From: Hemiscyllium ocellatum
Taxonomy: Eukaryota
Length of the DNA stretch: 64,000 nucleotides
Direction: 5' to 3'
Assembly: GCF_020745735.1 (NCBI RefSeq)
Contig: NC_083448.1
Location: forward strand, 2,790,001 to 2,854,000
The notes beneath the pieces are model-generated. The model ran no database searches. It had not been told where the DNA came from and saw only the letters and a program-made list of their open reading frames with translations. Every line of letters begins with the position of its first letter. The stretch's first letter is position 1. A program made the translations under genes and the position numbers. This document shows, one piece after another, positions 26,366-37,442 of this stretch.

Positions 26366-27339
26366 TCAAGTGTGTCTGGAAATTTTGACACCAGGTTTGT
26401 GGATTGCACAGAAACCTCTGCAGCATTGATTCACAATGGTGCAGGTCCTCAGTTTAATAAATACTGTGATGGGATATTCCACTATATTCTTCAACTGCTC
26501 TCTGAACTTAGGATGCGTGACAACATAGATCACAGTGTTTGTGCAGCAACTGAGCATCTGCAGCATGTAACCCAGTTCCATGACGTATTGAGGTAGATTT
26601 CGAGATCGAAATCCCAAAGCTTTGATTCTCCAATTTATGGAATACACTGTTGATACAGACCACAGCAGTAGAAAATTCCCTGAGACAAGAAACAACAAAA
26701 CAACGGAATTCATTCGATTCTTCAGCAAAGCATCTCTTCTGCTCCTTTTATTGTTCTGAAAGTGGAGTCTCGTAAGGGCTTTGCTAGTCACTATTATGTG
26801 TCTGACCGTGAAAACATTGAGAAACAGAACGGCAGTGAAGGCAAGTCCCGGCGTTAGTATGTAATGAACTAACTCAATTGCTCCCCAAACCGGAGAAAAC
26901 CTGACATTTCCTCTCAGCCAACAAAACCAGGGTCTGTTCCTCCTGTAATACTTGCCTGTAAACATAAAATACCAGAAAATGTTTTTCAAACAGCTCAATC
27001 CCAGAACTGTTCCCAGAACCACACACGTTGTTTTCACTTTGCAATATTTAATTTTCAGAATTGGGCAACAAATGGCTACAAATCGATTAAAGGTGAAACT
27101 GGTAGTGAACCAGACAGAACAGTCTGTGGCTGCATAAATCAGGACAGCGTGTATATTACATACAGGGATGCCTTCTAAGAAATGTTGCTCTTCATAATAC
27201 ACAAATGGAATGTGTCTCAATGTGAGGTCAATGATTATAACCAGCAGATCTGCCATGGCCATGGCCATCAGATAGTGCCTGACACACTCGGCGAGACCAC
27301 ACTTTTTCCGGGACAATATCAGAATTGTTACTACATTAG
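26366..27339 (-). CDS. GPCR-1 exon 2: class A 7TM receptor, GPR139/GPR142-like (TM1 end to C-terminus)
   Basis: Acceptor tttcctcacag|CT AAT at 27340/27339. ANVVTILIL, YLMAMAMADLL, PVC, FTFNRFVAICC, PWFC, LTP..FLN, LLW, SCCTNTVIY, KFRE. Joined to exon 1 it gives 1236 nt = 411 aa with no stop. Confidence 0.92.
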
Positions 27340-28540
27340 CTGTGAGGAAAAGAAACAATAAAGTAAACGTTTCTGAGCAAAACAAAATCAGATTTACTGA
27401 GCATTGATTAAACCTGGAAATGGCATTGCACATTCATTAATGTTGCAAGAGATTGTATCAATGTCTATTCTATTGGCTATCTCCAACTGTTACCATTCTG
27501 TAAATGGAGCATGGAATAAAAAATTATATTGAGATAAAAATTGCTGTTCACTGAAATGTTTCTTGTTGTTTCAATGAAGTTTGCACCATCGTATAAATCA
27601 TCGGAGCTCAGCTTGATTTTTGGGAAACTCACATAGAGGTTGATTAGTGTAGTTATGTGTCCGAGATTTGGCATGCACTCATCTCCTGGTCAGGGTGGGT
27701 TTGTTCGGGATAACTTTCCCGTGATAATTACTAAACACTCCTGTACTTATATGGGCTAAATTCAGAATGAATTGATACACACAAATGGAACTCACATAAA
27801 ACATGAAACATTCGCTCTGTCAGCCATTTACAAGTTGAAATTCAGCAGGTGTCCAAGGCTGAAATGCTCACCCCGGCTGTTAATTCTTGTTCTCTTATAA
27901 TTATGGTCCTCTTTTAGTATGAGTGTTGACTTCTGTGTTCAAGCTGGTATGTCATAATTTATGCATGTGACAGAAGAGGCATTGTCAAGATCTGGAAGAG
28001 TGATCACATCAGAATGCAAATGTCACATTTGTTCCTTGCTGGAAATGTTATCAGAGCTATTGGGTGCTGCAATGCTTTGTGCTTGCTATTGACAAGAGTG
28101 AAATGAGACACCAGGAGCATATGGCAATGGCTGATCGATGACGCATGTCAGGCCACAGTTTTGAGCCAAAGCATTTTAAAAATGGATAGAATGTAATAGA
28201 TCTTACCCTGATGTTAGTACATGATTGCGTCAATAGGTAAACAGTGATTATTGTAATGAAAACAATGATTTTAGATTAAATTGGTCAACTTGGATATGAA
28301 AATAGTGGACATATCGTACCTAATCAGTGACTACTCACTAAGACTGCAAGATAACGAGGATTACTGGCGAAACCGACGAACATGGAGAGATACTGCAATC
28401 AGCAAAGTAAGACAGTAAATTTCATGCGCTGCCAGACTGTAATCAAATATTTACAGAGTGAGCAACTGGCAAGAAAGACAACCACGGCAACAATGGGCGC
28501 ACCCAATATAGCAAACTTAATCGAAGTACAAAGGACTTAC

Positions 28541-28802
28541 CGGGGACTGCAAAAAAAGCGAGAATTGGATAGTAAATGAATTGAATGATCCGAATGAACG
28601 CTAGGATGCGGGTTTTCAGTGAGAACCGATCAATATGATTAGAAAATAAACTCATCATCTCAAAGAAACCCCTTTCCATTGTTGTACAATTCCAAATTAT
28701 TCTTCTCACAGTTTGAAGTGTTCGCACACCGTTCTGGTCTGTTGTATCATTCCAATTTAATGTTGTACAATTCCAGTCTATTGTTTTGACAGTCCAATCC
28801 AT
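28541..28802 (-). CDS. GPCR-1 exon 1: repetitive N-terminus with N-glycosylation sequons and first half of TM1
   Basis: ATG 28802; MDWTVKTIDWNCTT...IQFIYYPILAFFAVP, then donor G|gtaagt at 28541/28540. The phase-1 intron 27340-28540 joins in frame (AVP-A-NVV). Confidence 0.88.
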
Positions 28803-30946
28803 TGTAGCACTTTTAATTCTATTGGTCTTGGAATCGAATCTAATGCTCTACCAGTCCAATTTATCGTTGCCAAATTCTTGTATATTGTCGTATCATACAA
28901 ATCGATTATGTGCCAGCTACAAATTCGACATGTCTCCCTCACTCTTTCTCCTACTCTCGGTCTCTGGTGTCACTGATCTATGCCAATATCGGGAACTGTG
29001 CACAGACTGACACGATGAGACAAGAAATCGAATGATCCCTCTTATTGCTAGATGCAATACACCCCCAGCGACACAACTGAGATTTATGGAGACTGAAATT
29101 AGTGACAGTTAGTAAACAAAGAAATTAATCCAGGAGTGTTCAGCCCAATTCCCTCTGTGCCAGAAGACAATGATGTATTTACTCAGGTGACGTTGGATTT
29201 CGGCTGAGAAAAGAATGATGTGATCAGTTAATGTACTGACTGGAAAAAATACGTACGACCAGATCGTCACAACTGTTTATAAGTGTTTAAGAAATGACCG
29301 AATATGCCATGTAAACGCAGGTCCGTGTATAAATTAAAAGTCAATGCTTATTTTGCCAGGAGGTACCTCAGGCATGAAAAAATGCGTGAGCTGCTGAAAC
29401 AAGAGAAGTGGTGAGCAGTTGTTCAGATCACAACGTGATGTATGGTGTGTTTAGCTGATAGCTCTGTCAAACCATCACCGCAGTTATAAATCAAGGTCTG
29501 TCATTATGTTTCCATGTGCCATGACGCCATTAGTAATTAGTGATCTATCAATCTGTGTCTTGATCATAGAACTTGCACAGATATCTGGAGCGAGAATTTC
29601 AACGATTCATCAACCTCTGAGCGAAGAGGTTCCACCTCATCTCACTTCTAAATGGTTTTCCTTTATTCTGAGGAAGTGCTCGATCAATCTGTGAACCATT
29701 CTTCTTGCAAATACTATCAATCAGTTTTTATACAATAGGAATTTTCTTGGATCCTATCAAGTAATAATTCGAGACAGTCCAGTCTCTCTCATCATTAGGC
29801 AAGGAGAACAGAACTGTGCATGACACTCTCTTCGCTTGAAACAAGAAATCGTTCCGCCTGCACTCCAATCCCATTGTGTTAGAGTCTAAAATGACGTCTA
29901 CCTTCTGAACTGCTTGCTTTACCTGTACATCAACTTTCAATGACTTACGAACAAGGAAAGCCGGGTATCTTTGGAAATTAACACTACTTTTGTTTAATTC
30001 CTGTTCCTGTAATGACTTGTTATGTCAGATTCCGAAATGAGAGCTGGCATGATGGATCATGTACAAAACCAAAAGAACCGTAGAGGCTGTAAACCAGAAA
30101 GAAATAAAACAATTGCTGCAGAACAATTCCGAGGGAGTGCCACTCGACCCGATAAGTTATTTCTGATTTCCCTCCACAGATACTGATGTCTCTTTTTTTG
30201 TGCTTGATTGCATAACACAATGATTATTCAGAAAGAAACCCATATGAGATGCAGATTTTAGTCAAATGCAGTACAAAAGCTTATGACATAAAATATTAAA
30301 ATAGGAAAAGAAAGCTTAGCTCAATATCGAAGAACCATAAGACTATAAGAAATTGGAATAAACAATTTTACACCTGAGCTCGATCTGCCTTTAATACGAC
30401 AGTTGCTGATCCAACATTGCTCACATACACTTCTCTGATTTTAATCTGATACCTTGATTTTTCTATTTTTTAATATCTATTTCAGTGTCAAACATAAACA
30501 AGCACACACCAGTTCAGCTGTCTTTAGCAAGACGCTCGATTGACAAACAGTTCTCTGTGAGAAGAAATTCCTCTTCATCTCAGTTTTCAATTCGCACTCC
30601 TTTTTTTTGCCGAGAGTGTGTCCTCTTGTTCTAGATTTTCCCATGAGTGGAAGCATCCTCTCACCATTCAACCGGTCAAGCCCCTTAAAACATTTCAATC
30701 AGATCGACTCTCATCGAACCCCAGCGAGGTGAATGCCAAAACTTTTAGCCATTGTCAATAAGCCAATTCTCCCATATCAGATATCATCCGAATGATCCTT
30801 TTCTGATGTGGCTCTGAGATCTGTCCAAAAAAAAGATGTTGCCTCAGCAGATCATTTGACCTTTATGGAAAAAGAACTTCCCTCCTCTTATTCACCATCT
30901 CCCTTGACTTAAGGGCCAACATTTCTTTGGTTTTATGAGTTCCTGC

Positions 30947-32075
30947 CATAGAACATAGAACATAGAACATAGAACAATACAGCACAGAACAGGCCCTTCG
31001 GCCCACGATGTTGTGCCGAACATCTATCCTAGATTAAGCACCCATCCATGTACCTATCCAATTGTCGCTTAAAGGTCGTCAATGATTCTGACTCTACCAC
31101 TGCCACGGGCAGCGCATTCCACGCCCCCACCACTCTCTGGGTAAAGAACCCACCCCTGACATCTCCCCTATACCTTCCACCCTTCACCTTAAATTTATGT
31201 CCTCTTGTAATACTCTGTTGTACCCGGGGAAAACGTTTCTGACTGTCTACTCTATCTATTCCTCTGATCATCTGATAAAACTCTATCAAGTCACCCCTCA
31301 TCCTTCGCTGTTCCAACGAGAAAAGGCCGAGAAATCTCAACCTGTCCTCGTACGACCTATTCTCCATTCCAGGCAACATCCTGGTAAATCTTCTCTGCAC
31401 CCTCTCCAAAGCTTCCACATCTTTCCTAAAGTGAGGCGACCAGAACTGCACACAGTACTCCAAATGTGGCCTAACCAAAGTCCTGTACAGCTGCAACATC
31501 ACTTCACGACTCTTGAATTCAATCCCTCTGCTAATGAACGCTAATACACCATAGGCCTTCTTACAAGCTCTATCCACCTGAGTGGCAACTTTCAAAGATC
31601 TATGTACATAGACCACAAGATCCCTCTGTTCCTCCACCTGATTAAGAACTCTACCGTTAACCCTGTATTCCGCATTCTTATTTGTTCTTCCAAAACGGAC
31701 AACCTCACACTTGGCAGGATTGAACTCCATCTGCCACTCCTCAGCCCAGCTCTGCATCATATCTAAGTCCCTTTGCAGCCGACAACAGCCCCCCTCACTG
31801 TCCACAACTCCACCAATCTTCGTATCATCTGCAAATTTACTGACCCACCCTTCGACTCCCTCATCCAAGTCATTAATAAAAATTTCAAACAGCAGAGGAC
31901 CCAGAACTGATCCCTGCGGACCTCCACTTGTAACTGGGCTCCAGGCTGAATATTTACCATCTACCACCACTCTCTGACTTCGACCAGTTAGCCAGTTTTC
32001 AATCCAATTTGCCAAGTTTCCCTCTATCCCATGCCTCCTGACTTTCTGCATAAGCCTACCATAGGGAACCTTATC
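30947..32075 (-). mobile_element. CR1/HER1-type LINE 3' fragment (young), inserted in an older CR1 remnant
   Basis: ORF 31029-32051 with QGSVLGP and FADD; (CATAGAA)n tail at 30947; GGCCCTTCGGCCC 3' motif. Confidence 0.95.
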
Positions 32076-34364
32076 TGTGTTTCATGCTCAAGTTTACTAA
32101 CTCAACCCCAGTACTCTACGTTGCTACTTTCGGCACCTTTTCTCCATTTATAAAATAATGTTCTGTTGTTCTCCCTTCCAAACTGAATACTTTCCCACAG
32201 ACCTGCATGGGAACAAGAACTGATACTGTGATGATGAAACTTCGAAGAGGCCCAGCTAAACGACTTAGAACGTTCAAGATCACGACTAGTGTCCAGAAAA
32301 CAATCAGATGCAGTCACCTAACTTGTGGAGCAGATTTTTTTTTTCACATTATAAATTTTCCCCGTCGATTTAGACCAAGAGATAGAATGTTGGCAGCAGA
32401 TTGCACGGTTGCTCAGTCCGACAAAATGGACAGAAGTGAGGATTCCCCTTACAAGGCAATGTGTCCGCGATGATAATTGCCCATTTTTGCTACTTTCACT
32501 CAGTAGATTGTTCTATGTAATGGTAAACAAAGTTAATGGACAGACTGATTCCTTTCGTGGTCCTTTCGATCAGGAAGGTTGCAGATGACCATCTAACTAC
32601 AAGTAATGTTCAAGATCAGGCGATTCCGCGCAAAAGCCTGCTCTGCCACTCAACTATATCACTTTTGATCTGATTTTCAGGTCAAATCTATGTTCCTTTG
32701 AGAATCAAGAATCTATTTGCCTCTCCCTTAAATACATTTAAGCTGTCCTTACCTATTGCGTTTGAGGAAGGGAATCTCAAAGACTGACTACCCTCTGAGA
32801 GAAGGACATCTTTTCTAATTATGTTCCCATCGGCGCTGATTTATTTTTGAACTATTGCTTCTAGTTTTGGAAGTTCTCACCAGCGGTAAGATCTGTTCCA
32901 TATTCACCTTTCATGGCAGTCTTAGAAAACTTTAAATAAGTTAACTCTGACTCTTCCACCCATTAGGGGTAGACTAGACATTCCAATCTTTAGTCTTGCT
33001 TGACATTTTGTCTATTTGTTTCGGGTATTTGTTTATTGAACGCTTCGGAATTGCTTCCATCATATTGAAATCTGTTGTCAAGATTTTGTCACATTAAAAC
33101 AGTTCTTTTATCCTTATTTTCTTGCAAGCAAGGCAGAGGCACCGAGCATTCTAGGGATTTTAGCAGTTAGCAATAGAAAGCGAGTGGCCATTTCGCCCAA
33201 TTACGTTTTGTTTTTGTAGTTTGGCTCAGCAGTGGCAGTCACAAGATTCGGGAGTCCAGGCAAGATTCGAAACATCAGCACGTGATTCCTGACGGACATT
33301 CCTCTCTGAAATCTCTTTAGAAGTTCTTTCCTAATACCTGTAAAAATCTGTTTCAATTTACCTTTTACCAAGAGGTGTACTTATGTGATGCCACTGGATT
33401 TGGACGACCCCTCATAATAGGTGATGTGTCGGATTGGTTAAGTTTTCCAATATTTTAAATTAGTCTTCATTCCATTTTCTTCTGTTCGTCTCAAAACTGC
33501 AGTGTATAAATGAATTCTGTTTTGCATAAAGCTGAGTGGTTTGATCAGTTTCATTTCACCTCTAATATCCATTTCGTAATATTCTTTCAAATAAGAAAAA
33601 TGTTAGTGCCTAGGCTTTCTCCGTGAAATATTTGGAGGGTGTCAAGTCTGGACGTTAACAAGTTTTCAACAATTTGATACTTTGCAGAAATAATCCTCAG
33701 TTATCCAAGATAGCGCCAGGACATCTTGACTCCTTGGGAGCTGCCTATTGTTGAAGTTATTCTGACATATCTTGAATCAACTGACTGCTCTGAAGATCCT
33801 CTGAATGACAATGGTAATTACTGACACTAGAACCGAATGCGTGACCTCCTCTTGCAGTCCTGGAGTCAACGCCCAACTAGCACAGGAACTAGAAGTCGCA
33901 CCGCAGTGACAAGCCATCGAGGAGATACGACTAGGTCGTCAATATCACCACTCACAACGGTAAAGCTGACGATTTGTGCCGAGGAACCCAACAGATGTAT
34001 TCACTTTCGGAATAGCAACCAACCTGTCCGAGCCAAGAAATTTCAGTGTTCTCAAGGCCTGTGCCCAGGACCACATTAAGAGCACTCACACATCACCCAG
34101 ACCATTGGACCTCACTCACTGATATCCGGGATTGAACAAAAGTATCCATCCTACGCAGAAAATGTGAGAGCCAATCTAGACTTCAGGTGAGTCTGAAACT
34201 CCGAGTTTTCAAGCCCCATCCTTTCCCCAGCAAAAAAAAACTGGGAGCAGTCGATGGGTTTGAGGCATAAAATGTATGGCATGAAAGCTAGACTCACTTT
34301 GCAAAGTGACTTGTGAAACTTCTGAGCGCTGTGTTTCACTGAATCATAGAAGAGAATGGAATTC

Positions 34365-34685
34365 CTTCAGTCTGGAAAGTGGCCCTTCAACCCAGCAAGT
34401 CTGTACCGGCCATCCGAAGAACATCCCATCCTGACCCATTCCTCTACATTGACTAATGCACATAACTTTCACATCCCTGAACTCTATGGGGGATTTAACA
34501 TTGTAAGTTCATTTAAACTGCATATTCTGGACTGTGGGAGGAAACCGGAACATTCAGAGAAAACCCACGCAGACACGGTGAGAATGTGCAAACTCCATGT
34601 AGACAGTCACACGAGGCTGGAATCGCATCCAGGTCTCTGGCACTGTGAGGCAACAATGCTATCCACTGAGCCACTGTGCCGCTCA
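34365..34685 (-). mobile_element. Degenerate HE1-type SINE
   Basis: GGACTGTGGGAGGAAACCGG..AAACCCACGCAGACAC..CCACTGAGCCACTGTGCCGC. Confidence 0.82.
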
Positions 34686-34715
34686 CCACTGAGCAATCGT
34701 GTCTTAGAGACATAG

Positions 34716-37100
34716 ATCACTCTTGTTACACCATACTGTGCCTTACGTCTTGTGGGATACTTATTTCACGGAAATGACTGCCTAACATCCTCAGGCAAGG
34801 CAATGGGCTATGGGATCTGTCTCCTTATCAAACCCTCTTGGTGCTCAGATATAAAGTCTCTGGTGGTTTACTGCTCTGTGAACTTAAATCTGTTTCCAGT
34901 AAAGAGTTGTCCCTACTACTTGCGTTGTGTGTTCACTTCCGTTATCCTAACAATCCATACTTTCCCCCGTTTGATCTGAAGAATGCATTTGATGAAGTAT
35001 ACAAAATTACAAATAGTCTTTACCTGGAATGTCTGGACGCCTCGTTCATCGTAGTTGATGACTTGACCCAGGCCAATCTCAAGAATACAATACCGAAATA
35101 CCACAAAGAAATTTCATGTCCATCCAGCGGTTCAAACATCCTTGGCTATCAAAGATGCCTACCGTTCCATTTTCCACAGGCACTTTAGAACATTTAACCA
35201 CAATATTGTGTTTTTCCTCCCGACTTACAGCAGAAATTCGAACGCAAAGGCCATTATCAGAAATAGTGCAGCGTGGGTCGGAGGAAACAGAAAGTCTTCT
35301 ATGGGATTGCATAGAGTTTTTGGGCTGCTCCATACTCAATAACTCAGTGCCGAAGTTAATTGTGTATTTCAGGACAGTCACAGACTTCATTAATAAATAT
35401 ATGTACAACTGTGTGCTGAAGAGTTTAATCTGTATAGTCTCCAAACGGAATCTATGAGTGAACCAAAATATCTACTGCCCACTGAAGTTCGGATCTGAGA
35501 TGTTCATTTCGGCGACACTGACATATGCACGAGCTGCTGGTACGAACTTTGCAAGATCATCAGGGATGCCAAGATGCACTAATAAAGTAAGCTTGAGCAC
35601 ATTAAGCACATGGACACTCATCATTTATGTCAAACATTAATTGATAATTTACAAAACAAAGCCGAACAGTGTTGTGGGGAGTAGAGAATCTCTGCCAAAT
35701 GAACGGTACGTATTGAACAGAAGGACAGTGAAATGATGTCAGTGTACCAAAATATTCGGATGCGCCTGTACACTCAGTTGTTGCTACAGACATTCCATCT
35801 GTCTTCGTGAATGTGAAGCCACTGAAAGCGAAGTACCCAGATGGAGTGTCCAGCCTTGGACACAGATGTTGCATAGACCAGCTGGAGGGAGCATCCGTGG
35901 ACATTTTTCATGTCTCTTCACTACCACGTAAAGTCCCCGGATGCTTCAAGAAGACAACAATCATCGAAAAGCCAAAGCAAATTCGTGCAGCGTTCCTCAT
36001 AGTGGCTCTGATGTCTATAATTATGAAATACTTCGAAAGTTTGGTAAGTATTCAGTTAAACTCTCAGATTGTTTTGATTACATTTGGTTCACCCACTTCT
36101 GCAACAGATCAATTTCTGTGCCTTCTCGCTGGCCCTCTAATTATTATTAGGACAACTAATCATGTAGGGTCGGCTTTTGCTCGAAACATCGATGTTCCTG
36201 CTCCTTGCATGCAGCCTGAGCTGCTGTACTTTTTCAGCACCATACTGGGGCGGCACGGTGGCACAGTGGTTAGCGCCCGGTTTCAATTCCCGACTCAGGC
36301 GACTGACTGTGTGGAGTGTGCATGTTCTCCCCGTGTCTGCGTGGGTTTCCTCCGGGTACTCTGGTTTCATCCCACAGTCCAAAGATGTGCAGGTCAGGTG
36401 AATTGGCTATGCTAAATTGCCCGTAGTGTTAGGTATGGGGTAAATGTAGGGGTATGGGTGGGTTGCGCTTCGGCGGGTCGGTGTGGACTTGTTGGGCCGA
36501 AGGGCCTGTTTCCACACTGTAAGTCTAATCTAATCTAATTCCAAATAAATTCAAACCAAACTCTGGGATCAAGGTAAATGCACCCCTCTCGATAAATGGA
36601 TTATTGACTTCCTGACACACAGGATGCAGTCAGTGAGTTCAGTCGACAACACCTCCTCCATGATAATCTTCCAAACTGTTACCCAGCAAAGTGGCATAGT
36701 TGGACCCTGACCATGCTTCTTATTCACAGGACTGTGTCCAATATCCGCACCAAGTCTATTTCCAAGTCACAAGCTGATGACACCACTGCAGTATGTCTGA
36801 TCTCAAACAATGATGAGAAGGAGTCCAGGATCGAGATAGCATGTTTAACAGCATCCTGACGACAATATCTCCATCGACATCACCAAAACAATGGAGATGA
36901 TCCTTGATTGTACGAAATTCAGGGTAGGGCATAACACTGTCTGCCCTATAATATAGCTGGGGTGAAGCTGGTCGAAAATGCAAAGGTCCTTCGAGTGACA
37001 ATCAGCAGCTACCTGCCCTGATTCACCCATGTTGATATGATGGTCAAGAGAGTAGAACAATTTAACTTCATTATCAGGAGGCTAAAGATGTCCATCAGGA
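34716..37100 (+). mobile_element. Decayed non-LTR retrotransposon, Rex1/Babar-like (endonuclease + RT remnants)
   Basis: Remnants VKSCPYYLRCVFTSVILT, VVDDLTQANLK, KVPGCFKKTTII..VALMSIIMKYFESLV. Many stops. Clade assignment is tentative. Confidence 0.6.
36247..36540 (+). mobile_element. HE1-type V-SINE with internal deletion between box A and box B
   Basis: Near-identical to the 5372 copy, but GGTTAGC is followed directly by GCCCGGTTTCAATTCC; (TAATC)n tail. Confidence 0.92.
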
Positions 37101-37232
37101 TTCAGGCAGTATTTTCTATTTAAATTTTTCTAACTTCGTACATTTCAGATAGGCATTGTTGTGACCAGTGTTATCTCCATGTACTGTCCTCCGTTCCAAT
37201 CTTCAGTTGTGTCGTGAGGCCAACAATTGTAT

Positions 37233-37442
37233 CATTTCTCAGAGAGTAGTAAGGGTATGGAATGCTTTGCCTGCAACTGTAGGACATTCATTATGTTTAA
37301 GTGCATTTAAGTCGTCATTGGACAGGCATATGGTCGTACATGGAATAGTGTAGGTGGGATGGGCTTCAGATTAGTATGCCAGGGCGGCGCAACATCGAAG
37401 GCTGAAGGGCCTGTACTGCACTGTAGTGTTCTATGTTCTATG
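37233..37442 (+). mobile_element. Short CR1 3'-end fragment
   Basis: SQRVVRVWNALP..FKSSLDRHM, then GAAGGGCCTGTACTG and TGTTCTATGTTCTATG tail. Confidence 0.85.

Noticed and set aside
26366-27433. Single-exon 355-aa GPCR starting MCNAISRF as given by the ORF track
   Set aside because: The first 31 codons are intron (pyrimidine tract and AG at 27341-27340). The true TM1 start is on exon 28802-28541.
28677-28906. CRISPR-like or other prokaryotic array
   Set aside because: The units are contiguous with no spacers and encode a receptor N-terminus; the whole window is vertebrate-like.
29105-29125. Forkhead-like GTAAACA upstream of GPCR-1
   Set aside because: Short motif expected by chance in AT-rich DNA; no matching element seen at GPCR-2.
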